Below, in pieces: positions 10,948-20,591 of a stretch of DNA of 64,000 nt. The stretch comes from a bacterium (lineage in GTDB: Bacteria > Bacteroidota > Ignavibacteria > UBA10030). The notes beneath the pieces are model-generated. The model ran no database searches and had not been told where the DNA came from. It saw only the letters and a list, made by a program, of their open reading frames with translations. The stretch covers positions 42,821 to 106,820 of the forward strand of contig JAZDJN010000042.1 of assembly GCA_043803945.1 (NCBI GenBank), in the 5' to 3' direction. Each line of letters opens with the position of its first letter. Position 1 is the stretch's first letter. Position numbers and translations under genes: made by a program.

Positions 10948-12729
10948 ATGAATTGGCTATCAAGATTCAGGCTCCGTTCACAAATCCTTGCTGTGTTTGC
11001 TATTCTTGCCATCGTGGTGGGTGTGTTCGGTTATGTGTCGATGAAAGATAATCAGGAAGTCGCAAACTCGGCTGCGGTAATGTACAATCACAACGTCAAG
11101 TCGCTTGAGAAGTTGAACCAGGTGCTTGTCGTGCTTCAACGGATAAACAATGGCTACAATATGATGACCTTCTCGCGGACAGCGGAAGAGGTAAGGCAGT
11201 TTGCAGAATCAGTAAAAGCTCAGAATATCGAACTCACAAGATTAATGACAGAACTTCTCGGACATTCTGAAGGGGGGCAGAAGCAGGCGCTGTCATCGTT
11301 GTCGGAGTCCGCAGGGTTATATACCCAGGTTTGTGAACGTATTGAGCCGCTGATGATCGCAAAAAATGTGAAGGAAGCTCGTACCGTCGTCATCGAGGAG
11401 GTCAATCTCGCTCGGTCCGGACTCGAAAGCAATATTATGGCTGTGGGAAAGCTCTTCTCTGAAGAGTCGAGAGTGAACGCAGAACAAGGCCAGGGGAAAT
11501 TGGCACAACTTCAACTCACCACGGTTGCGGGTGCTCTCCTGGTGGTCTCCATCCTCATTATCTTCGGGCTGCTTATCAGTCGGTCCATTACAAAACCGAT
11601 TCGTTCACTTGTCCATACTATTGACGCGGCCAATCTCCATACGGCCTTTAACTCCTCGAGGCACGATGAGATTGGAGATTTGATGCGTTCATTCGACAAA
11701 TTTGTCGGAACGATAAAGGAAACACTCTTGAAAGTTGTTGAAGCAACAGCCTCTGTAGCAAGTGCCTCTTCTGAAATATCGGCGAGTACAGAACAGATGG
11801 CCGCCGGTGCACAGCAACAGAGTACACAAGCAAGCAATGTGGCAACCGGTGTCGAAGAGATGACAAAAACAATTTTTGAGAATTCACGCAACGCCGGCAG
11901 TACTGCCGAGACCGCCCGGTCGGCGCGTGAGGCGGCAGAACAGGGCGGTAGGGTGGTTACCGAATCAATGGGCGGGATGATGAGAATTGCCGAAACGGTG
12001 AAGCAGTCTGCCGAGACTGTCAAGGCACTGGGAAGCTCAAGTCATCAGATTGGTGAAATCATCCTTGTGATTGATGACATTGCTGATCAAACAAATCTCT
12101 TGGCACTCAATGCGGCGATCGAGGCGGCGCGGGCAGGTGAACAAGGGCGCGGATTTGCGGTCGTTGCGGATGAGGTCCGAAAGTTAGCTGAACGAACTAC
12201 GAAGGCAACAAAAGAAATTGCTGAGACGATTAAGAAAATTCAATTAGACACAAAAGAGGCGGTGAATTCTATGGAGCAGGGTACCCTGGAGGTTGATAAG
12301 GGCATTAAAATGGCTGAAGATGCAGCAAATTCCCTGAATGAAATAGTGAATATTTCACAAACAGTGATGGAGAAGGTAGCACATATTGCTGTGGCCAGCG
12401 AGCAGCAAGCCGGAGCAAGTGAGGAGATTTCCCGCAATGTCGAAGCCATCAGTCGTGTCACCGCGGAAACCGCAAATGGCATTCAACAAATTGCGCGATC
12501 AGCTGAGGATTTGAACAGACTCACCGGCTCGCTGGAGAAATTAATAAGCAGGTTCTCCATCGAACAGGCACAACCTTCAGCAGCAAAAGGAACAGGAGGC
12601 TTACCTCTGGGCAGACCCCGCTTCAATGCTGTTAAAAGGGAACCGTTGTTCGCTGTCAGAGAGAATAGTAAGATTGTGCATCATCATGAACCTGGAGTTC
12701 TTAAACAGACCCTGAAAGGGAAGGAGTAA
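10948..12729 (+). CDS. Methyl-accepting chemotaxis protein
   Basis: Same architecture and conserved signalling hairpin; AAGGAG RBS. Confidence 0.95.
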   Translation: MNWLSRFRLRSQILAVFAILAIVVGVFGYVSMKDNQEVANSAAVMYNHNVKSLEKLNQVLVVLQRINNGYNMMTFSRTAEEVRQFAESVKAQNIELTRLMTELLGHSEGGQKQALSSLSESAGLYTQVCERIEPLMIAKNVKEARTVVIEEVNLARSGLESNIMAVGKLFSEESRVNAEQGQGKLAQLQLTTVAGALLVVSILIIFGLLISRSITKPIRSLVHTIDAANLHTAFNSSRHDEIGDLMRSFDKFVGTIKETLLKVVEATASVASASSEISASTEQMAAGAQQQSTQASNVATGVEEMTKTIFENSRNAGSTAETARSAREAAEQGGRVVTESMGGMMRIAETVKQSAETVKALGSSSHQIGEIILVIDDIADQTNLLALNAAIEAARAGEQGRGFAVVADEVRKLAERTTKATKEIAETIKKIQLDTKEAVNSMEQGTLEVDKGIKMAEDAANSLNEIVNISQTVMEKVAHIAVASEQQAGASEEISRNVEAISRVTAETANGIQQIARSAEDLNRLTGSLEKLISRFSIEQAQPSAAKGTGGLPLGRPRFNAVKREPLFAVRENSKIVHHHEPGVLKQTLKGKE

Positions 12730-12734
12730 GACGT

Positions 12735-13229
12735 ATGACCGACCGAAGAGATTCATCGGTAAAATCTCAGACGCATGATGTTTTACAGCTTGTCAGCTTT
12801 ATGATCGGCAAGGAAGAATTTGGCGTCGATATTCTTAAAGTACAAGAGATTAATCGGATGGTAGAAATTACGCGAGTGCCAAACGCTCCTGCATTTGTTA
12901 GCGGCGTTATTAACCTCCGCGGTAAAGTCATCCCGATTGTCGACCTTCGGAAGCGATTCGGGACAGGCAAGGAAGAGAACGATAAGGACACCCGGATCAT
13001 CGTTGTTGAGTTAACCGGGAAGGTGATCGGCTTCATCGTCGATGCCGTGAATGAAGTGCTCAGGATCCCCAAGAGCGTTACTGAACCGCCGCCGCCGATT
13101 GTTGCAGGAATTGGATCCGAATACATCCATGCAGTGGCAAAGCTGGAAGATCGGTTGCTCATCCTCATCGATCTTGAGAAGATTTTGCATGCCACGGAAA
13201 AGGATGCTCTTGTTGAGGTTGCTGCATAG
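12735..13229 (+). CDS. cheW: Chemotaxis coupling protein CheW
   Basis: FGVDILKVQEI, TRVPNAP..VSGVINLRGKVIPIVDL, GFIVDAVNEV. Confidence 0.95.
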   Translation: MTDRRDSSVKSQTHDVLQLVSFMIGKEEFGVDILKVQEINRMVEITRVPNAPAFVSGVINLRGKVIPIVDLRKRFGTGKEENDKDTRIIVVELTGKVIGFIVDAVNEVLRIPKSVTEPPPPIVAGIGSEYIHAVAKLEDRLLILIDLEKILHATEKDALVEVAA

Positions 13230-13292
13230 CGTCATGGCTGGAACCTGGAGGCAACGCCTAAAAAAGTATAAGAATTCTAAGAGGAGTCTACT

Positions 13293-15065
13293 ATGAAATG
13301 GTTTTATAATCTCAAAATTCGGACAAAATTGCTGCTGAGCTCACTCTTTATGGTTGTTATCGCGGGATCGATTGGTATCGTGGGATTCTTGAATACAACA
13401 ACATTAAGCAAAGCGACTAATAATATCTATTCCAATGAAATCCAGCACTCGACAAGGCTTCAGGGCTTGAGTACGGCATTTCAGCGGATGCACAGTGATT
13501 TTATACTCGTTGTTCTGGGGAGAACAGAGGAAGAGAAAATGGTCTATGCCCAGAAAGCAGAGATGCGGAATGGTGAAATGTGGCGGTTTGCCTCGGAGAT
13601 TGAGCAGGATCTGGAGACTCCTGAGGAAAAGCAGGCGTTCAAGAAATTCAGGGATGCAATTGATGTACTGAGCGTTCAGCGTGAAAATGTTGTGGATCTC
13701 GTCACATCGAATAAAATTAAGGAAGCCAAAGAGTTGCTGTATGGCGGTGTGGAACAAACGCGACAGTCTATGCATGAAGCATTGATGAAATTAGTCGATA
13801 TCAACCTGGAAGCATCGCGAAGCGCAGCAGAACGGGCCGTTGCCAATGCGGGGTATGCTAAACTGCTCATCACTATCGTTCTGGCAACAGGGATTATCGT
13901 GGCAATTTTTCTTGGATTCTTTATCGCGCGTACGGTCAGCAGTCCGGTGAATATGGTTGTCAGGAGTATCAGAAATGCCGATCTCAACACGTCATTCCAA
14001 TCCCAGCGGAAGGATGAAGTGGGTGATCTCATGAGGGCGTTCGATGATTTTGTGCTGGCAATAAAAAATACTCTCATCAAAGTGATGGAGGCTGCTACTG
14101 CAGTCGCAAGTGCATCTGCTGAAATTTCTGCCAGTACAGAACAGATGGCCGCAGGTGCTCAGGAACAGAGCACACAAGCAACAGATGTCTCCTCGGGTGT
14201 TGAACAGATGACCAAAACGATTTACGACAACGCGAAAAATGCGGCAAGCACAACCGATACGGCCAACGAGGCAAAACAAGCTGCTAAGCAGGGCGGCAAG
14301 GTGGTAAAGGAAAGCATCGATGCCATGCGTCGTATCGCCCATGTCGTAAAAGAGTCCGCAGAGACAGTCCGTGCTCTTGGAAAATCGAGCAACCAAATTG
14401 GGGAAATCGTCTCCGTGATTGATGATATCGCCGATCAAACCAATTTGCTCGCTCTGAACGCCGCCATTGAAGCAGCCCGGGCTGGTGATCAGGGACGTGG
14501 TTTTGCCGTTGTCGCTGATGAAGTACGTCGATTGGCCGAACGTACGACGAAGGCAACAAAAGAAATCGCCGAGATGATCAGAAAGATTCAGCGGGATACC
14601 TCGGAAGCCGTTCATTCGATGGAAAAAGGGACGAAGGAAGTTGACCAGGGAATCAAACTTGCAGATGCTGCGGGCAATTCCTTGAGATCAATCGTGGAGA
14701 TCTCTCAGGTTGTTACGGATAAGGTTGCTCAGATCGCTGCTGCGAGCGAACAGCAGGCAGGTGCGAGTGAAGAAATCTCGAGGAACGTCGAAGCGATCAG
14801 TGCGGTCACACAAGAAACAGCAAGCGGGATACAGCAGATTGCCAGGACTGCCGATGATATGAATAAGCTCACGGAAGCACTCCAGCAATTGATCCAAAAT
14901 TTCAAGATTCATTCCGCAGAAGATAGTGCAAAAGTATCCCCGGGAGTAACCTCCTTCAACCAGGAAGACAATGCTCAAGGCTATTCGGGGAAATCGTTTC
15001 TGAAAGGGATTTTTGATCAGTTGAAAGGGAAAATTTCAAAACACGTTGAACGTGAGCCTGCCTGA
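13293..15065 (+). CDS. Methyl-accepting chemotaxis protein
   Basis: [13 protein letters not shown] 4HB_MCP-type start, TM, HAMP, signalling hairpin; AGGAG RBS. Confidence 0.95.
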   Translation: MKWFYNLKIRTKLLLSSLFMVVIAGSIGIVGFLNTTTLSKATNNIYSNEIQHSTRLQGLSTAFQRMHSDFILVVLGRTEEEKMVYAQKAEMRNGEMWRFASEIEQDLETPEEKQAFKKFRDAIDVLSVQRENVVDLVTSNKIKEAKELLYGGVEQTRQSMHEALMKLVDINLEASRSAAERAVANAGYAKLLITIVLATGIIVAIFLGFFIARTVSSPVNMVVRSIRNADLNTSFQSQRKDEVGDLMRAFDDFVLAIKNTLIKVMEAATAVASASAEISASTEQMAAGAQEQSTQATDVSSGVEQMTKTIYDNAKNAASTTDTANEAKQAAKQGGKVVKESIDAMRRIAHVVKESAETVRALGKSSNQIGEIVSVIDDIADQTNLLALNAAIEAARAGDQGRGFAVVADEVRRLAERTTKATKEIAEMIRKIQRDTSEAVHSMEKGTKEVDQGIKLADAAGNSLRSIVEISQVVTDKVAQIAAASEQQAGASEEISRNVEAISAVTQETASGIQQIARTADDMNKLTEALQQLIQNFKIHSAEDSAKVSPGVTSFNQEDNAQGYSGKSFLKGIFDQLKGKISKHVEREPA

Positions 15066-15118
15066 TACCGGAAGGCTTTCGTTTCACTATCACCTCATTA
15101 ATAATTGTGGTTAGTCCT

Positions 15119-15493
15119 ATGAAAAAAATGTATTTCGTACTACTGTTGCTGGCAGTTCTGAGCGCAACAGTGGTGGCACAACAGGCCGGAGACGATGAAA
15201 ATACCCCACCGCCGGAGTATGTTCCTTACGATAAAGCCCCGGAGCCTGTCAAAATGGTACAGCCGAAATACCCATCCATTGCAATTCAGAAAAAAGTTCA
15301 GGGAACGGTCTGGGTTTCCATGTGGGTCACGAAGAGCGGCGTCGTGAAAAAAGTCGATATTGCCAAGACCGATAGCCCCTTTCTCAATCAGGCAGCAATA
15401 GACGCGGCGATGCAATGGACGTTTACACCGGCAACGATCAGGAATTTACCGGTTGCCGTGTGGGTGAAATTGCCGTTTAAATTCAGATTGTGA
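15119..15493 (+). CDS. Signal-peptide-bearing stand-alone TonB C-terminal domain protein
   Basis: MKKMYF-hydrophobic-AQQ signal, PKYP...QGTV.V...V.K.G.V, AAIDAAMQWTFTPA...PVAVWVKLPFKFRL. Confidence 0.85.
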   Translation: MKKMYFVLLLLAVLSATVVAQQAGDDENTPPPEYVPYDKAPEPVKMVQPKYPSIAIQKKVQGTVWVSMWVTKSGVVKKVDIAKTDSPFLNQAAIDAAMQWTFTPATIRNLPVAVWVKLPFKFRL

Positions 15494-15575
15494 TCGGAGT
15501 AACACAATACTTCAGAATCTGGGTCAGGTATCCAGGAGTATTGATCTCACGCTATGAAGAGAAAGTTCTAGACGT

Positions 15576-17009
15576 ATGACGAGCTCAATGAGGGAACTCA
15601 TTACAATTCTGCTGACGCACGAAGATATTGACACGCGGAGGAATGCAGCAGAAGAACTTGCCGAGTCGAAGGAAATGCCGGCAATAACCGCCCTTACGAC
15701 GGTACTCGAAGATAACAGTACCGGTGTGCGCGATGCAGCAGCCCGATCGCTGCTTTCCATCGGCGGCCCAACGGTTGCCCGGGCGATTGCTAATTATATT
15801 GCGAATGAGAATATCACCACTCGCAATCTCGCCGCAAAACTGCTTATGCAACTGGGTGCAGCATCGATTCCCGCACTCCTCCCGTTTGTGCAGGATCCCA
15901 ACAAGGATACGCGGAAATTTGCCGTTGATATTCTTGGAGAGATTCGGAACAGCGGCTGTGTGTATTACCTGTTGCCATTATTGCAGGATGACGATTCAAA
16001 TGTCATCTGCTCGACACTTGAGGCACTGGGGAATATCAAGAGCGTCCAGGCGATTCCCGCAATCTGTGAAGCGTTTGAGGCGCATCCCTTCGCACGGACA
16101 GCTGCTGCAGAAGCGTTAGGAAAAATTGCCAATCCGAATGCGAAAGAGTTTTTGTTGACAAAGTTGAAAGGCGGCCTTGAAGAGCGGCTCTATGAACCGA
16201 TTGAGCTTTTTGCAATCCTTGAGGCGATTGGAAACGTCGGTGATCAGAAAGTAGTCAACTATCTGTTGGAGCATGCCAGGGATGTAGAAGGGAAGTTGCG
16301 AAATATGCTTCTGCATGCCGCGGTACAAATTATCGAGCAGCAGGAAACAGCGTTTCATTTCCCGGCTGCACTCCGTTCTGGCTTCCTGAGCGCACTGCAG
16401 GATGATGATGAGAATATCCGTATTAGTGCTGTCAAGGGGCTGTCGCAATTTGAAGAGCAAGATGTTACCCGGGCATTACTGAGCGTGCTGGGAATTTCTG
16501 AAGAGCTAGATTTTCTCCTCTTCTCTGAGCTTCTTGGCCGAGACGATGTCTTCCGTATGGCGGTTGATGCCCTCGAGGAAGCGAGAATCCGTTGTAAGAA
16601 AGAATTGATCCTTCTCATTGGCAAATTGGCGTTTGAAGCCATTCGCCGCTATAAATATTTCAAGAGTTACCAGATTGATGGATCATTGGTGCAGCGTGCC
16701 TTTGAGCTGATTATGAATGAATGGCGGCTGGCTGACCAGGAAGTTCGCTCCATCATTCTCGATACACTATTCCGCCTGAATGGCGATCAGGCAGTGGAAC
16801 GAATGAATCAGATCGTCTCTGACCCGGATCCCTGGATTCGCGTGCATGTCATCGAGCTGCTATCCGATGTCAAGGATCAGCGCGCAGCGATCTTTATTGC
16901 ACAATTTCTCAATGATGATGATGAAATGGTTCGGGAGGCGGCAATCTCAAATTTGCAGGCGCGCGGTATTGCAATCGATATCCCTCAATGGGGCGAACCC
17001 GAGTATTAA
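15576..17009 (+). CDS. HEAT/PBS-lyase repeat protein
   Basis: Repeated D.D..(V/T)R..A...LG units through 477 aa; stop overlaps the cheR start. Confidence 0.88.
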   Translation: MTSSMRELITILLTHEDIDTRRNAAEELAESKEMPAITALTTVLEDNSTGVRDAAARSLLSIGGPTVARAIANYIANENITTRNLAAKLLMQLGAASIPALLPFVQDPNKDTRKFAVDILGEIRNSGCVYYLLPLLQDDDSNVICSTLEALGNIKSVQAIPAICEAFEAHPFARTAAAEALGKIANPNAKEFLLTKLKGGLEERLYEPIELFAILEAIGNVGDQKVVNYLLEHARDVEGKLRNMLLHAAVQIIEQQETAFHFPAALRSGFLSALQDDDENIRISAVKGLSQFEEQDVTRALLSVLGISEELDFLLFSELLGRDDVFRMAVDALEEARIRCKKELILLIGKLAFEAIRRYKYFKSYQIDGSLVQRAFELIMNEWRLADQEVRSIILDTLFRLNGDQAVERMNQIVSDPDPWIRVHVIELLSDVKDQRAAIFIAQFLNDDDEMVREAAISNLQARGIAIDIPQWGEPEY

Positions 17010-17926
17010 TTCCAAGACTTCCTGGCAGTGGAGAGCAAACGACAGTGCTACAACCAATACCTTCTGTGACACCTTCTCGGTTATCGACAGGGCCTCTCCT
17101 GGACGACTTGACCTTCTATGCTCTGCGCGAATTTATCTATGAGCGTACCGGAATATTTTTCCCGGATAAGAAAAAATATCTGATTGAAGGAAGGCTTGGA
17201 AAACGATTACAGATACTCAAACTCGAAAGCTTCGAGGATTACATCCAATTACTGAAATATGGACGTAAGAAGGATGAAGAATTTGATTATCTCTGCGAAG
17301 CGATCACCATTAACGAGACATTCTTCTTCCGGAATGAGCCCCAATTTGATGCGATTGAACAGACTGTTATCCCGGAGTTGGTACGTGCAAAGCAGGCCCA
17401 GCTCTCCCCCAAAATCCGCATCTGGAGTGCAGGTTGTTCCTCAGGCGAGGAGCCATACACGCTGGCAATGATATTTCTAGAATGTCTGAAACCCAAATAT
17501 CCCTCCCTGAGTCTGGAAATCGTTGGGACTGATATAAACGGTTCGGTTCTTCAGATAGCACGACGGGCGATCTATAGTGAATATTCCATTCGTAACATGC
17601 CACAGGCATTTCTTGAGAAATATTTTTCTGTTGAAAATGGCCGGTACGTGCTTCGCCCTGACTTGAAGCAGATGGTGAGCTTTCGTTATCTCAACCTCTA
17701 TGATCGTACCCAGATGAAAACGATGCGCAATTTCGATATCATTCTCTGTCGGAATGTGCTCATCTATTTTGACTTAAAATCCAAAATTCAGGTTGTTTCA
17801 GATCTCTATGGCAGCCTGAACTATGGAGGAGCACTCTTCATCGGCTATTCTGAATTACTGCATGGAATCTCGACTGCCTTTAAGGTGAAGAGCCTCGTAA
17901 AGACAACAGCATATAAAAAGGAGTAA
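16988..17926 (+). CDS. cheR: Protein-glutamate O-methyltransferase CheR
   Basis: TINETFFFRN, IWSAGCSSGEEPYT, GTDIN, FDIILCRNVLIYF, FIGYSE. Confidence 0.95.
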   Translation: MGRTRVLIPRLPGSGEQTTVLQPIPSVTPSRLSTGPLLDDLTFYALREFIYERTGIFFPDKKKYLIEGRLGKRLQILKLESFEDYIQLLKYGRKKDEEFDYLCEAITINETFFFRNEPQFDAIEQTVIPELVRAKQAQLSPKIRIWSAGCSSGEEPYTLAMIFLECLKPKYPSLSLEIVGTDINGSVLQIARRAIYSEYSIRNMPQAFLEKYFSVENGRYVLRPDLKQMVSFRYLNLYDRTQMKTMRNFDIILCRNVLIYFDLKSKIQVVSDLYGSLNYGGALFIGYSELLHGISTAFKVKSLVKTTAYKKE

Positions 17927-17935
17927 TCAAATACT

Positions 17936-18301
17936 ATGGCTACAAGTATTCTTGTTGTGGATGACTCAGCAACTGTTCGCAAGTTTGTTGCAACGGCACT
18001 GAATCTGAAGGGGTACCAGGTAATCACAGCATCGGACGGGATGGAGGCCCTTGAAAAAATGCCTCTCCAGCGGATTGACCTGATCATCACTGATCTCAAT
18101 ATGCCCGATATGGACGGCTTTGAGTTTATTCGGACTGTCAAAGATACACCCGAATATTGTGAGATTCCCATCATCATTCTCTCCTCCGTTTCTGATATGG
18201 AATCGAAGGAAAAAGGATTAAAATTGGGCGCTTATTCGTATGTCGAAAAGCCCTTCAGTGCCGATAAAATTCAGGAAGAAGTTCGAAGGTTCCTGGTTTG
18301 A
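17936..18301 (+). CDS. cheY: CheY-like response regulator
   Basis: ILVVDDS, TDLNMPDMDG, KPF; single domain. Confidence 0.85.
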   Translation: MATSILVVDDSATVRKFVATALNLKGYQVITASDGMEALEKMPLQRIDLIITDLNMPDMDGFEFIRTVKDTPEYCEIPIIILSSVSDMESKEKGLKLGAYSYVEKPFSADKIQEEVRRFLV

Positions 18302-18409
18302 TATCAAGATATTCTATTTTTTCGTCTATTTTTTGAGCATTGTTAACCAGTCAGCCTGCCAGGGGGCATTGATTGGAGGTTCAAAAAAACCATCCACTCA
18401 CCTACTCCT

Positions 18410-18477
18410 TATAGGATATTTCTTAGAGAAGAATCAAAGCGTAGCCGATTTCTTACACACCAGGTATGTTCTATATT
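18410..18477 (+). promoter_or_regulatory. Operator copy TATAGG-N6-CTTAGA, TCAAAG..CCGATT element and -10-like TATATT upstream of cheY-cheZ-cheZ-cheA
   Basis: Third copy of the 8837/8977 motif; TATATT at 18472-18477. Confidence 0.55.
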
Positions 18478-18586
18478 AGTGCCAGATCCTAGAGCAGATA
18501 CTATGGCAGTCAAAAAAAACTTCAAGAGCATCAATATTAAATCGAATTTCATTCCACACTCAAATCACTAGTAGAGGGGCATCACG

Positions 18587-18979
18587 ATGCTAGCACTCAG
18601 ATTCCTTATCGTCGATGATTCAATCACCATCCGACGCATCATCATCAATGCTTTAAAAGCGATTGGCTATGCGAACACGCTCGAGGCCGCCAATGGCAAA
18701 GAAGCAATGCAAAAACTGGCCGAGAACGGAATAGATTTTATTATTACCGATTGGAACATGCCGGAGATGAATGGGTTGGAATTCACCAAAGCTGTCCGTG
18801 CAAGTAATGCAACGGCAGAGCTGCCGATTCTTATGATCACCACCCGTGGTACAGAAAGCGATGTCATCGAGGCATTGCAGGCTCGTGTGAACAGCTACAT
18901 TGTCAAACCGTTCACGCCTCAGGAGCTGAGAGAAAAAATCGATGAGATATTGAAATCCATGAAAACTCAGGCTGCATAA
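18587..18979 (+). CDS. cheY: Chemotaxis response regulator CheY
   Basis: LRFLIVDDSITIRRII, TDWNMPEMNG, LPILMIT, YIVKPFT; close to canonical CheY. Confidence 0.92.
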   Translation: MLALRFLIVDDSITIRRIIINALKAIGYANTLEAANGKEAMQKLAENGIDFIITDWNMPEMNGLEFTKAVRASNATAELPILMITTRGTESDVIEALQARVNSYIVKPFTPQELREKIDEILKSMKTQAA

Positions 18980-19081
18980 CAAACAGGTGGACGTGGTGAA
19001 AAAAACAATCGTAATAAGTGAACGACCAGATCTCAGCGGAAGTCAATGCTGCATGGTTCAACACGAAGGAGCGGGTACGCT

Positions 19082-19855
19082 ATGAATCCCCAACAGTTAG
19101 ACAATGTCCTTCAGAAGGTTTCGGAACTGAAAGTGTTCTTCGACTTTGGCGAGCGAACGCTGCCATTGTTGGAAGAAGTGGCAACATTCACGCAGGAGAT
19201 CGGCCCAGTCATAGAAGGAATCAAATCGCTGGTCGATGTCACATCGCAAAAATTGCCCAAAGCGGCGGAGCAATTAGGCCGAGTGAACCAATTTGCCGAA
19301 CGGGCCTCAAATGATATCCTCAATACAGTCGATAAAATGGTGGCTACAATTGAGGGAATGCAAACACCCGATCATAACCGCGTGGTTGGCGATCTGGTCG
19401 ATGATACGACTAAGAAAGTGAGTTCGATCGTAGATTCTCTGGCGAGGCGGTTTGGCAATGATGAAGACATCATCGAGCTCCTGAATGCATGGGATCTCCA
19501 TTCTCAGAGCTTGAGTGCGTTAAATACGCCAACGACGATGCAAATGAAATTGGAGAGCCTCCGTGAGGATTGCACCAATATCATGATGTCACTGCAGGTG
19601 CAGGATATCACCGGTCAGCAAATTGCTTCCGTGATCGGCTTAATGCAGGCGGTTGACGATGTCCTCCGCAAACTGCTGACGGAGGTTTCTGATATTATCC
19701 AATTCACTCAACCCGAGCAGCCGGTTGTCATTCTTCCCTCCACGGAATATGTTGGCATGGATGAACGGAAGAAGATGGTTGATTCTCTTCTTCGGAAGGC
19801 ACGAACGGGAGATCTTTCGATAGAGAACGGCGGCAGTTCAGAGAAGAATAGTTAA
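19082..19855 (+). CDS. cheZ: CheZ-like phosphatase
   Basis: Helical protein with LQVQDITGQQI (DxxxQ) motif; AAGGAG RBS before ATG 19082. Confidence 0.78.
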   Translation: MNPQQLDNVLQKVSELKVFFDFGERTLPLLEEVATFTQEIGPVIEGIKSLVDVTSQKLPKAAEQLGRVNQFAERASNDILNTVDKMVATIEGMQTPDHNRVVGDLVDDTTKKVSSIVDSLARRFGNDEDIIELLNAWDLHSQSLSALNTPTTMQMKLESLREDCTNIMMSLQVQDITGQQIASVIGLMQAVDDVLRKLLTEVSDIIQFTQPEQPVVILPSTEYVGMDERKKMVDSLLRKARTGDLSIENGGSSEKNS

Positions 19856-19913
19856 GTGCACGTGAACCTAGTTCTGATCATTGAATTCAACTACCAATAC
19901 TCGTAGGTATATC

Positions 19914-20552
19914 ATGGCTGAAAACAAAATTCCCGAGAAGATAATCGAAGCTGGTGCTGTTGAGAGTGTAGTGATTGCATTGCATAAGGTCATCGACCTT
20001 CTCGACCGCATTAAAACGACAATCGAAGAAAGTTCGAATAAGATTCCGAGGGCGGCAGTCCAGTTGCATACGGTTACCCAGGCGACCGAAATGGCGACAG
20101 TCGAAATTATGAATGTGTTGGATACGATGACACATAAGTTCACCTCCCTCGAGAGCGAACTCTCAACAGTGCGTGGAATGCTGGCTTCGGAGGATGGGAA
20201 TGTCATTATCGATTCTATTGAATCGACTCTCACGAAAGTCAAACAGGATATCACGAATATCATGATGGCGCTCCAGGTTCAGGATATTACCGCCCAGAAG
20301 ATTGCGGCAGCGAATCACCTCATCGAATCCGTCCGGAAGGAAATTATTCATGAACTAAACTACTTCGAGAGCTCCGAGAAGGATGCTATCGAAGAGGCAA
20401 TCGTGAGAAAACCCGCCGAAGACAGTGAGGATCAGGCCCACCATTTCGATAAGAATGCGTCCTTCAGAAAATCGGCAGAACATCAGGAACGGATCGATAA
20501 AGTGGTGCAGCAATGGCGCGAAAAACAATCTGATTCCGACTCAAAAGAATAA
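19914..20552 (+). CDS. cheZ: Second CheZ-like phosphatase
   Basis: TEMATVEIM and LQVQDITAQKI (DxxxQ) motifs. Confidence 0.78.
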   Translation: MAENKIPEKIIEAGAVESVVIALHKVIDLLDRIKTTIEESSNKIPRAAVQLHTVTQATEMATVEIMNVLDTMTHKFTSLESELSTVRGMLASEDGNVIIDSIESTLTKVKQDITNIMMALQVQDITAQKIAAANHLIESVRKEIIHELNYFESSEKDAIEEAIVRKPAEDSEDQAHHFDKNASFRKSAEHQERIDKVVQQWREKQSDSDSKE

Positions 20553-20591
20553 CGTCCGTTCCCTCACACGAGCAAAACTATTGGAACAAGC

